Source of the DNA: Mobula hypostoma
Taxonomy: Eukaryota
DNA length: 64,000 nucleotides
Direction of reading: 5' to 3'
Assembly (NCBI RefSeq): GCF_963921235.1
Contig: NC_086100.1
Span: 204,478,001-204,542,000 of the forward strand
Shown one piece after another: positions 52,109-64,000 of the stretch. The first letter of the stretch is position 1. Each line of letters starts with the position of its first letter. A program made the position numbers and the translations under genes. The notes under the pieces are model-generated. The model was not told where the DNA came from, ran no database searches, and was given only the letters and a program-made list of their open reading frames with translations.

Positions 52109-53230
52109 CTATGCAGTGTGAACTCGCTGGTGTCTCTGTAGGTGAGATGACTGAGTGAATCCCTTTCCACATTCACAGCAGGTGAACGGCCTCTCCCCAG
52201 TGTGACCTGACTGGTGTGCCAGTAGTTGGGATGACCGAGTGAATCCCTTCCCACATTCTGAGCAGGTGAACGGCCTCTCCCCAGTGTGAACTGACTGGTG
52301 TGCCAGTAGTTCGGATGACCGAGTGAATCCCTTCCCACATTCTGAGCAGATGTATGGCTTTTCCCCAGTGTGAACTCGTTGGTGTCTCTGTAGGTTGGAT
52401 GACTGAGTGAATGTCTTCTCACAGACTGAGCAGGTGAACGGTCTCTCCCCCGTGTGTACTAACCGGTGTGTCAGTAGGTGAGATGACGAAGTGAATCCCA
52501 TCCCACAGTCTGAGCATTTAAACGGCCTCTCCCCAGTGTGAACTCGCTGGTGTATCTGTAGGGTGGATGATCGAGTGAATCCCTTCCCACATTCTGAGCA
52601 GGTGAAATCCCTCTCTGCAGTGTGAACTGACTGGTGTCTCAGTAGGGTGGATGACCGAGTGAATCCCTTCCCACAGACTGAGCAGCTGAACGGCCTTTCC
52701 CCAGTGTGAACTGACTGGTGTTCCTTCAGTCGAGATGAATGAGTGAATCCCTTCCCGCAGTCTGAGCAGGTAAACGGCCTCTCCCCAGTGTGAACTGTCT
52801 TGTGTGCTTGTAGGTTAGGTAACTGAGTGAATCCCTTCCCACACAACAAACAGATGAACGGCCTCTCCCCAGTGTGAAGTCTCTGATGTGCCTTTAGCTG
52901 AAACGACCAAGTGAATCCTTTCCCACAGTCTGAGCAGGTGAACGGTCTCTCTCCATTGTGAACTCGTTGATGTTCCTTCAGTCGAGATGAATGAGTGAAT
53001 CCCTTCCCACAGTCTGAGCAGCAAAAATCCCTCTCTGCAGTGTGAACTGACTGGTGTCTCAGTAGCTGAGATGATTTAATGAATCCCTTCCCACAGTCTG
53101 AGCAGGTGAACGGTCTCTCTCCAGTGTGAACTCTCTGATGTACCTTCAGTTTAGATGAGCAAGTGAATCCCTTCCCGCAGTCCGAGCAGGTGAACGGCCG
53201 CTCCCCGGTGTGAACTCGCTGGTGAGTCAT
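52109..53230 (-). CDS. C2H2 zinc-finger protein, 13 tandem fingers, no effector domain seen
   Basis: 373 aa with 13 CxxC...HxxxH units and TGERPF-type linkers. Degenerate fingers on both sides. Acceptor tttttacAG| at 53604/53603. Confidence 0.88.
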   Translation of the reverse strand: MTHQRVHTGERPFTCSDCGKGFTCSSKLKVHQRVHTGERPFTCSDCGKGFIKSSQLLRHQSVHTAERDFCCSDCGKGFTHSSRLKEHQRVHNGERPFTCSDCGKGFTWSFQLKAHQRLHTGERPFICLLCGKGFTQLPNLQAHKTVHTGERPFTCSDCGKGFTHSSRLKEHQSVHTGERPFSCSVCGKGFTRSSTLLRHQSVHTAERDFTCSECGKGFTRSSTLQIHQRVHTGERPFKCSDCGMGFTSSSHLLTHRLVHTGERPFTCSVCEKTFTQSSNLQRHQRVHTGEKPYICSECGKGFTRSSELLAHQSVHTGERPFTCSECGKGFTRSSQLLAHQSGHTGERPFTCCECGKGFTQSSHLQRHQRVHTA

Positions 53231-56094
53231 TAGGTCAGATGACCCAGTGAATCCTTCCCCACAAATTCAGCAGATGACCAGCATCCGCCCAATGTGAACT
53301 GACTGGTGTGTCCACAGGTGGGAAGACTGACTGAATCCCTTCTCACACACAGAACAGGTGAATGGCCCTGTCCAGTGTGAACTTGCTGATGTACCTTCAG
53401 TTCAGATGACCAAGTGAATGCATTCCCACTGTCTGAGCAGGTGAACAACACTGTGTAAAATGACGGGCGTGCCAGTCAGTCAGATGATCAGGAAAGATGA
53501 TCGAGTGAATCCCTTGCTCAACTTCTTAAATATCCAGACAGAGACATCAAAACTGGCGTGTTGTATTTAGATTCCCGTAGACAAATTTCTTGTCATTTTT
53601 AACCTGTAAAAAGATTTACAAAATCCATCAATGAGTGGACAACATTTCAGATTGAGTTGTCAAGGTGTGATCTGACATCACACTGTTACAGTGAGAGAGA
53701 AATCATCTTGTAACTGGGCACAGTGCTGGTATCTGGAATGATCTCTCTGATGCTCTTCCTGTCTCTATAAGAATGGGGCATTTCTGCCATCTCCAATCTG
53801 TGACCTGACTCAGTTTGACTCTCTCCATTGGTATTATTCCCTGTTCCTGCTGAGCTGCACAGGTTCCTGGCCCCACAGTAACTGAAACACTCTCACACAA
53901 ATAGCCGGCAGTGCATTCCACTCACCCACCACTCTCTGTGTAAAAACCTTACCCCTGACATCCCCTCAGTATCTATCTCCAAGCACCTTAAAACTATGCC
54001 TCCTCATGTTAGCCATCTCAGCCCTGGGAATAAAACTCTGGCTATCCACACGATCAATGCCTCTCATCATCTTATACACCTAAAAAAGGCTCTAAAAATA
54101 AACAAGGAAATTATACATTGCTTTGAGGATTTGTTAGAAGTATACAAAATTATGAGGGTATAGATAGGGTAAATGCAAGCAGCTTTTTCCACTGAGGTTG
54201 GGTGGGACAACAACTAGAGATCACGGGTAAGTGGGGAAGGTGAAAATTCAACCAGAACATTTGGAAAAGCTCTTAACTGAAATGGTCGTGAGAGTGTGAA
54301 ATGAGATGCCAGCACAAGTGGTGAATATGAGCTCGGTTTCACCATTTAAAAGAAGTTTGGCTGGGAGCCTGGATGGTAGGGGTATGAGGGCGATAGTTCT
54401 GATGCAGGTCGTTACATTAGACAGCTTAAATGTTTTTTCACCATTGACTAGATGGGCCAAAATAGCCTGTTTCTGTACTGAACTTCTCCATGTTTCTATG
54501 ACAGAGAAGCTGGCCAAACTTGCTTGGAACGGAAAACTGGTAGGAGTGACGACAGAGCAGCAATGGTTGCAGTTTCTGGGAGCAATTCGGGAGCTGACTG
54601 ATAGATACATCCCAAAGAAATGGAAGCATTTGAAAGGCAGGAGGACACAATGGTGGCTGAAATGAGAAACCAAAGCCAACATAAAAGCCAAAGAGAGAGC
54701 AAACAAAAGAGCAAAAACTACTGGGAAGCTTTTAGAAACCAACCTGAGTTCATTTGACCAACTAAAAAGTCAGATGAGCTCAGGGCGTGGAATGATGGCG
54801 TTGTTGTCATTAATGAGTCTTGGTAGCACCCAACAGTCTGAGGCACTTAGAGGAACAAAATATCCGGGCCTCAATATCTCTTGAAAACCAAGGTTCCCTG
54901 CACCAGTTACCTTTCAACCTTTATTTTGACAGGCTCATACAAACTCTACACCCTCAAAACTTCACTTCTGAAGGCCCCTCACTTTCCAAGTACTCCTTTG
55001 CCAGAAAACAGCCTGTCCCAAACCACACTTGTCAGATTCTTTCTGATACCATCAAAATTGACCTTTCTCCAACTTAGAATCTCAACCCATGATCCAGACC
55101 TCTTTTTTTCCATATTTACTTTGAATCTCATGGCATTATGATCACTAGGTACAAAGTGTTCCCATACACTAGTTTCTGTCACCAGCCCTGGATCATTTCC
55201 TAACAGCTTACTGCACACTTCTACATCAGGAATTCTACGTACTGATTAAGGGCACATTTGACAAACTCTACCCCATCGAGTCCTTTTACAGTATGGAGTC
55301 CCAGTCAATATACGGAAACTTAAAATCACTTACTATATCAACCTTTGTTTCTTGGCGTAGTCTGCGATCTCTCTACAAATTTGTTCCGCTCAATCCCTCA
55401 GACTGTTGGGTGCAACAAAGTCCCAGTAATGGCAACAATATCATAATTCCCTGTCCCGAGCTTATCTGGGTTTCCTACAATGCTTCTTGCATTGTGATAT
55501 ACAGAGCTCAGGACAGTCGTCACACCATGCTCAACCTTTTGATTGCGGACTTTGTCTGAGGTCTGAACAACATCTGTCCGGTGTCAAAACAACCTCTGTG
55601 GGACAGCTTCTTCCACCAGTACATCAGACTGATTAATTCAATGCTGAAAGAACTGTATTTCAAAGTTATATTGACTGTCCTGTTGTACATACAATTTATT
55701 ATAAATTACTATAAATTGCACATTGCACATTTAGATGGAGATGTAACAAAGATTTCTACACCTCATGTATATGCAGGATATAAGTAATAAAGTCAATGCA
55801 ATTCAATTCACCCTCTCCACTATCTGTTCTGACATTCTGGCTCCCATCCACCTGTAACTTTAGTTTAACCTCCTCCCTCCCCCCACTAGCACCAGCAAGC
55901 CTTACCCCTAGGATATTAGTCCCCTTCTAGTTCTGTTCCCCTAACAAACAAATCCTGTATCACCCCTTTCACATTCCACTGCCAGCTAATTTCCTCCAAC
56001 ACTTTCTAAAGTGGTTCACTTGTTGTTCTGTGAGGGCATCAGGGACACTGGAGGTCTCCCCACCTTCCCACAAATGTCCTCTCTAATTTGTAAT

Positions 56095-59000
56095 ATAACC
56101 ATATAAAAATTACAGCACGGAAACAGGCCATCTCGGCCCTTCTAGTCCGTGCTGAACTCTTACTCTCACCTAGTCCCACCGACCTGCACTCAGCCCATAA
56201 TCCTCCATTCCTTTCCTGTTCATATATCTATCCAATTTAACTTTGAATGACAACATTGAACCTGCCTCAACCACTTCTGCTGGAAGCTTGTTCCACACAG
56301 CTACCACTCTCTGAGTAAAGAAGTTCCTCCTCGTGTTACCCCCCTAAACTTTTGCCATTTAATTCTCATCTCATGTCCTCTTGTTTGAATCTCCCCTACT
56401 CTCAATGGTGAAAGCCTATCCATGTCAATTCTATCTATCTCCCTCATAATTTCAAATACCTCTATCAAATCCCCCCTCAACCTTCTACGCTCCAAAGAAT
56501 AAAGACCCAACTTGTTCAACCTTTCGCTGTAACTTAGGAGATGAAACCGGGTAACATTCCGGTAAATTTTCTCTGTACTCTCTCTATTTTGTTGACATCT
56601 TTCCTATAATTCGGTGATCAGAACTGTGCACAATACTCCAAATTTGTCCTTACCAATGCCTTGTACAATTTCAACATTACATCCCAACTCCTGTACTCAA
56701 TGCTCTGATTTATAAGGGCCAGCATACCAAAAGCTTTCTTCACCACCCTATCCACATGACATTCCACCTTCAGGGAACTATGCACCATTATTCCTAGATC
56801 CCTCTGTTCTACAACATTCTTCAATGCCCTACCATGTACCATGTATGTCCTATTTTGATTAATCCTACCAAAATGTAGCACCTCACATTTATCAGCATTA
56901 AACTCCATCTGCCATCTTTCAGCCCACTCTTCTAACTGGCCTAAATCTCTCTGCAAGCTTTGAAAACCTACTTCATTATCCACAACTCCACCTATCTTAG
57001 TATCATCTGCATACTTACGAATCCAATTTACCACCCCATCACCCAGATCATTAATGTATATGACAAACAACATTGAACCCAGTACAGATCCCTGAGGCAC
57101 ACCGCTAGACACCGTCCTCCAATCTGACACACAGTTATCCACCACTACTCTATGGCGTCTCCCATCCAGTTACTGCTGAATCCATTTTACTACTTCAATA
57201 TTAATGCCTAATGATTGAACCTTCCTAACTAACCTTCCGTGTGGAACCTTGTCAAAGGCCTTACTGAAGTCCATACAGACAACATCCACCGCTTTACCCT
57301 CGTCAACTTTCCTGGTAACCTCATGAAAAAATTCAATAAGGTTTGTCAACTCATGAAAAAATTCAATAAGGTTTGTCAAACATGACCTTCCATGCACAAA
57401 TCCATGTTGACTGTTCCTAATCAGACCCTGTCTATCCAGATAATTATATATACCATCTCTAAGAATACTTTCCATTAATTTACCCACCACTAACGTCAAA
57501 CTCACAGGCCGATAATTGCTAGGTTTACTCTTTACTCCATATGCTACCGATGAAGAGCTGATACAATTGGAAGAGGAAAAGATAACAATCAAAACCGAAC
57601 GCAGTAGCGAACAGACCGAAAGTGATGTCATCCAGGAACTGAATGTGAAGCAACTGCATGAGATGATAGAAAAATGCGCGAGGCTAAGCAGTCAAGCATA
57701 CTGTCGTTTTTCAAGCCTTCCACATCAGCTACAGCAGACGACCAACCTCGAACTTTGACATCGAGGCAGGCAGACATAGAAGAAGATGACCTGCCTGTCC
57801 TGATGGAAACAGACGACAATGAGATGACACCCCAGTGTCCCACCTCCCCAACCCCCGGGCCGCAGACCGATACATTGCTGTGGAGAATGCAGCGGTAGCC
57901 AGGACGCACCCAACACATCTTTAAGACAAAGCCAAAATAAACAAGCTAATTAATTAGGTGCCACCCAGCACATAATTAATTAGCTTGTTTATTTTGGCTT
58001 TTTTCTTAAAGATATGCTGGGTGCATCCCGGCCACCGCTGCACCACTGCATGCTTTGCAGATCGGTATCAGTTCGCTGCCCAGAGGGTGGGTGCCACTGC
58101 ACCACCACGACATCCAACAACTCAGGCTAACACAGCATCATCAGTGTGCTCGGCACTGTCTTCCCAATTCCCGTAAGTGATACTACACTGTAGATACGTT
58201 ATTTCTACTTTATATAGGCTGTGTATTTTTATGTGTTATTTGGTATGATTTGGCAGCTTCATAGCTTAAAGGTTACCGGAGAGAGTGTTTCTGCCGAGAG
58301 CGCTTGCGTGAGATTTTCACTACGGAGAACAGTGCAGCAATGATTGTAGAAAAGTATTTCTACTTTATATAGGCTGTGTATTTATCATATCATTCCTGCT
58401 TTTACTATATGTTACTGTTATTTTAGGTTTATGTGTTATTTGGTATGATTTGGTAGGTTAGATTTTGGGTCTGCGAACGCTCAAAATTTTTCCCATATAA
58501 ATAATGGTAATTGCATCTTCAGTTTACAACATTCTGGCTTACAAACCGTTTCATAGGAACGCTCTACCTTAAGATGGCAGGAGAAACCTGTATCCCTTGA
58601 AAACCATGGCTCTCTCAAACTTTTAACCTTTCCTTTCAACCTAACAGGAACATAAAGATTCTGTACTCTCAAAACTTCACCTTTAAATGACCTCCATTTC
58701 TCTATTACATCCTTCCCATAAAACAAATTGTCCCAATCCACTCCTAAATCCTTTCACATCTCCTCAAAGTTAGCCTCAAAAATCTCAACCCAGGGTCCAG
58801 TCCTATCCTTCTCCATAATTATATTGAAACTATTGGTATTGTGATCACTGGACCAGAAGGGCTCCTCAACACATACCCCCGTCACCTGACCTATCTCATT
58901 CCCTCACAGGAGATCCAACACTGCCCCTTCTCTAGTTGGTACCTCTATGTATTGCTTCAAAAAACATCTTGCATACATTTTACAAACTCCAAACGATCCA

Positions 59001-59975
59001 GTCCTTTTACAGAATGGGTTTCAAAGTCAATGTGTGGAAAATCAAAATCTCCCACAATCACAACCTTGTGCTTACTACAAATATCTGCTATTTCCTTACA
59101 AATTTGCTCCTCCAATTCTCGCTCCCCATTAGGTGTTCTATAATACACCCCTATGAGTGTTACGACATCTTTCCCATTCCTCAATTCCAGCCAAATAGCC
59201 TCCCTAGACGAGTCCTCTAATCTATCCTGCCAAAGCACCACTGTAATATTTTCTCAGACAAGCAATGCAACACCTCCCCCTCTTGCCCCTCCTATTCTAT
59301 CACACCTGAAGCAACGAAATCCTGGAATATTTAGTTGCCAATCACACCCCTCCTGCAACCACGTTTCACTAATAGCTACAACATCATATTTCCATGTATC
59401 AATCCATGCTCTAAGCTCATCCACCTTTCTTACAATGCTCCTAGCATTAAAATAGATGCATTTAAGAAACTGTCCACCCCTTACTCTCCGTTTATCCCTA
59501 ATGGAGCAAACAACTTTGTTATCTTTTTCTTCCTTCTCCCCTACATCATCAGTCTGAGTGCTCCCCTTCTCTGTCACCTGCCTATCCTCCCTCACACACT
59601 GTCTACTAGCTTTCTCTATTTGTGAAATAACCTCCTGTCTCCTCGTCTCATCAATTTGATTCCCACCCCACAACCATTCTAGTTTAAAGTCTCCCCTGTA
59701 GCCCTCGCAAATCTCCCCGCCAGGATATTGATCCCCCTAGGATTCAAGTGTAACCCGTACTTTTTGTACAGGTCACACCTGCGCCAAAAGAGGTCCCAAT
59801 GATCCAAAAACTTGAATCCCTGCCCCCTGCTCCAATCCCTCAGCCACGCATTTATCCGCCACCTCATTCCATTCCTACTCTCACTGTCGTGTGGCACAGG
59901 CAGTAATCCCGAGATTACTACCTTTGCGGTCCTTTTTCTCAACTCCCTTCCTAGCTCCCTACATTTTCCATTCAG
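56095..59975 (-). mobile_element. CR1 LINE (ORF1 end, EN, RT) with an internal deletion and a Tigger-like insert; splits the hAT remnant
   Basis: RT ORFs 56618-57530, EN 58957-59460, ORF1 59679-59960. The flanks tttgtaat / gaccagtgtgc are contiguous in the paralog at 14439-14457. Confidence 0.88.
57531..58590 (+). mobile_element. Tigger/pogo-like DNA transposon, 3' part
   Basis: TDEELIQLEEE and KQSSILSFFKP transposase tail; ends ...AAACCTG|TA; internal hairpin 57888-58042. Confidence 0.65.
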
Positions 59976-60065
59976 GACCAGTGTGCCCATAAATCTTGCG
60001 TTGTGCATTTCTCTTTGCATGGTGACAACTACATGTGCACGCTGAATTTTATATATAGAGGTATT

Positions 60066-60398
60066 CATAGTCATAGTCATGGTCATAGTCATACTTTATT
60101 GATCCCGGGGGAAATTGGTTTTCGTTACAGTTGCACCATAAATAATTAAATAGTAATAAAACCTTAAATAATTAAATAGTAATATGTAAATTATGCCAGG
60201 AAATAAGTCCAGGACCAGCCTATTGGCTCAGGGCGTCTGACCCTCCAAAGGAGGAGTTGTAAAGTTTGATGGCCACAGGCAGGAATGACTTCCTATGACG
60301 CTCTGTGTTGCATCTCGGTGGAATGAGTCTCTGCCTGAATGTACTACTGTGCCCAACCAGTACATTATGTAGTGGATGGGAGCCATTGTCCAAGATAT
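60066..60398 (-). mobile_element. Rex1/Babar 3' fragment
   Basis: Matches 27631-27952; (CATAGT)n tail. Confidence 0.85.
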
Positions 60399-61369
60399 CA
60401 ACAGCTAGCAAATCACTGTCAATAAGAACTCCTCTGGGTTTGATCGAGCTCATCTGCACTCTCACACCCTCACGCAGGTCTGTAACGGGTTATGAAGGAT
60501 TTTCTCACCAGAGCTTTTGCACATTGTCCATAGGTGACTTGCTTGCTAAATGATGCTTTAAAAAGTCAGATTTCCAACTATCACTCCACTTCTTCCCACT
60601 TGCAAATTCTCCAGCAACTTTTGCATCGCTATAATACACACAGGTGACACCAGTTTCTGTATTGTACACAAACATTTCCCCTGAACCCTCCCCCGGGTGA
60701 CTGACGGTGGTGAACTCAGTGATGGCAATGCCAATGAATATGAAGGGAAGGGCAGTAGTCTGTCTCATTGGAGTCTGGCACATTTGTGATGTGAAAGCTA
60801 CTTGTTGCCCAGGGCAAAGGTGTTTGATATCATTATGTACCCAGAGAGAATGGGTTCTCACTGGCAGAAAGGTCCAGAACAAGAGGAAGTAGAACAAGCA
60901 ACACACACACTGCTGAACCTCACATCACAGCGCTAAGTAGTATTGCATTCATATTGTACTGTCTCAGTACTTTTATATTTGTGTGCTGTAGCACTTACTT
61001 TTCATTCGCAGCTATTTTGTAAATAACACTATTCTTTGTATTTTTGGTCAGATGCTAACTGAATTTCATTGGCTTTGTATCTGTACTTGGCACAATGACA
61101 ATAAAGTTGAATCTCATCTAATCTAAATCTAAAATGCTGGAGGAACTCAGCAGGCCAGGCAGCATCTATAGAAAAGAGTACTAATGCTGAGTTCCTCCGG
61201 CATTTTGTGTGTGTTGCTTGGATTTCCAGCATCTGTAAATTTCCTCTTGTTTGTGACTGGAGGTGGAATAAAGGTGATTTTCTCAACAGCTGATGTAAAA
61301 TATTTTGTTCCCTTTCTCCGAGTTCCCAATCCTTGCATTTAGACAGCTGGAGCTCAGCTGTGGCTGAGA

Positions 61370-61680
61370 TCCATCGGTTCCCATTCCCTCATCAGCCGGA
61401 AGCTCCCCGGGGCCCGTGTACGGATCGTGGGGCTGAGAGAGAGGGAAGAGAGCAGGACTGTCCCGGGATTGCGGGCCACGGTGTCTGGAGCTCACAGCAA
61501 TTGTCCCGCAGTCGGTGTTAAAAACCCTCTGAAATCGGTTCTTACCTGCAGTCGGTAGCGTCAGGCCTCTTGTCTGTTTTGCGCATGCGCGATATCCATG
61601 ACGTCATCAAACCTGACGCCTGCGCATTTGATCGGTAATTCGGCGACGACGAAATTTTTGAACGCAGCACTTTATGGGTA
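61370..61680 (-). promoter_or_regulatory. CpG-rich promoter and non-coding exon 1 of the 13-finger ZNF gene
   Basis: Donor CAG|GTAAG (61541-61548), NRF1 palindrome TGCGCATGCGC 61580-61590, CRE TGACGTCA 61599-61606. Confidence 0.65.
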
Positions 61681-64000
61681 ATCAAGTTGCCATTAGAAGT
61701 TCCAGTTCCATGTCCATACCGCTTTTTTTTGTCTGCACAGAAAACTCCGCAGCTGTTTCAACGCAGAAAGCGGCTCCCAAAAACAATATACTCAATATCA
61801 ACAGGTATTCCGTGTGCTTAATGCCAAAGTACGATCCACTTACAAATGCAGATATAAAACACGAGATTCTGCAGTTGCTGGAAATACAGAGATGCACACA
61901 CAAAATGCTGGAGGAACTCTGCAGTTCAGGCAGCAACTAAGCAGAGAAGTACACAGTCTAGGCATTCTGAAGGAGCTCTGCTTAAACGTTGTCTATTTAC
62001 TCCTCTCCACATTTGTTGCCTGATCTGCTAATTTCATCCATTATTTTGCAGAAATTAATCACATTTTTTTCAATCAATCAGTTTCCAAATGTTTCTGATC
62101 TTTCATTTGCAGGCACATCCTGCTGATCTGATTCCTCTTCCTCCTCCTCGTAAACTCTAGACCCCACCTCTTTCCGGAACCCAAAGCCCATGATTGAATG
62201 GCGGAGCAGACTCGATGGGCCGAATGGCCTACTTCTGCTCAAATATTTTATGATCTTATGGTCTATTCCACTGATCGACCTGCCAAAGTGCAACCAATAT
62301 TTCTGGGTATGTGACCCACTCAAATGAGAATTTAGCCTTTTCTATTTTTCTGAGCTTCTCATAAATGTGTACAGTTTAGTTAGAATTTAGTTTAGCTCCA
62401 GAATTTCCACACAATTAAGAGTTTATTACACTTTTTATTTTTATTTTTGCACTACTTATATAATTTAATTACTTAATATGTATATTATTGCAATTCACAG
62501 TTGTTAAAATCTATTGTTATGAATTAGGTTCTATTGCTGCAGCAGAGACAATGAATGTCATGACATGGGCCGGTGCTGTTAAACCTGATTCTGATATTGG
62601 TATGGGAGACCCACCACCGGTCACCTGATCCCGGTTACCGCAGTTCGTAATGCGAGATTGAAGCCCTTTCCATTTATTTGCATTCCTTCGAAATAACAAC
62701 AGTTAAGTTTCCTTCCGAGCAGCTCAGTCTGTCTAATATTTCCACACAATTAAAATGGGGAATTTGTTTACTCTTATCACGTACTGAGCTACAGTGAAAA
62801 TCTTGCCTGACGTACCATCCACACAGATCAATATATTACTACAGTACATTGAGCTAATATATGACAAAACAATAGATTGGACAGGCTAGATGCAGGAAGA
62901 TTGCTCCCGATGTTGGGGAAGTCCAGAACGAGGGGTCACAGTTTGAGGATAAAGGGGAAGCCTTTTAGTACCGAGATTAGGAAAAACTTCTTCACACAGG
63001 GAGTGGTGAATCTGTGGAATTCTCTGCCACAGGAAACAGTTGAGGCCAGTTCATTGGCTATATTTAAGAGGGAGTTAGATATGGCCCTTGCGGCTAAAGG
63101 GATCAGGGGGTATGGAGGGAAGGCTGGTACAGGGTTCTGAGTTGGATGATCAGCCATGATTACACTGAATGGCTGTGCAGGCTCCAAGTGCGAATGGCCT
63201 ACTCCTGCACCTATTTTCTATGTTTCTATATTTCTATGATACGCTAAGGGTTAACCTCCAGGTTGAGTCAGTGGTGAAGAAGGCAAATGCATTGTTGGCA
63301 TTCATTTCTAGAGGTATAGAATATAAGAGCAAGGATGCAATGGGGATGCTCCGTGAGACACCCATGACATTACACAGACGAATGTGTGTAGTTTTGGGAT
63401 CATTATTTTAGAAAGGATATACTAACATTGGACAAGGTTCAGAGAAGATTCACGAGAATGATTCCAGGAATGAAAGGATTACCGTATGAGGAATGTCTGG
63501 CAGCTCTTGGACTGTATTTCCTGGAGTTCAGGAGAATGAGGGCGACCTCATGGAAACATTCCGAAATTTAAAATGCCTGAACAGATTAGATATGGCAAAG
63601 TTATTTCCCATGGTAGCGGACTCGAGGACAAGAGGGCATGACTTCAGAATTGAAGGACGCCCATTTAGAACAGAGAGGCGGAGAAATTACTTTAGTCAGT
63701 GGGTGGTAAATCTGTGGAATTTGTTGCCATCAGCAGCTGTGGAGGCCAAGTCATTGGATGTATTTAAGGCACAGATTGATAGGTTGTTGATTAGCCAGCG
63801 CATAAAAGGGTATGGGGTGAAGGCAGGGGAGTGGGGGTGACTGGAAGAATTGGATCAGCCCATGATTGAATGGCGGAGCATATTCGATGGGCCGAATGGC
63901 GTACTTCTGCTCCAATATGTTATGGCTCTTATGGTCTATTCCACTGTTTTCACATGCCAAAGTGCAGCCAATATTTCTGGGTATATGACCCATTCATATG

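Noticed and set aside
52000..52422. Overlapping ORF in the ZNF exon
   Set aside because: Alternate-frame shadow of the repetitive fingers.
57317..57380. Duplicated LTNLIEFFHE in the CR1 RT
   Set aside because: Simple ~30-bp tandem duplication in a dead copy.

Overview
Repeat-dense vertebrate genomic DNA. It is most likely from a cartilaginous fish (ray/shark), inferred from the CR1/Penelope/Rex repertoire and a KRAB-less C2H2 gene. The window lies in a tandemly duplicated minus-strand C2H2 zinc-finger gene cluster: one intact 13-finger gene (52109-53230), a paralogous promoter/intron copy (7614-25139) and a decayed third copy. The introns and spacers are filled with nested CR1, Rex/L2, L1, Penelope, Gmr1-like Gypsy, solo-LTR, hAT and Tigger-like elements. 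Two host-gene capture events stand out. (1) An env-less class I (epsilon-like) endogenous retrovirus carries an intronless AP1B1 (beta-1 adaptin) trunk cDNA inserted into its integrase tail, behind a candidate env-type splice acceptor; the same provirus also has a 2H-phosphoesterase-like domain and a second foreign insert. (2) A Penelope insertion carries an ADAM-protease intron+exon fragment between two hammerhead ribozyme motifs, all inside a 13-bp target-site duplication. All family assignments come from motif recognition by eye; no database search was run.
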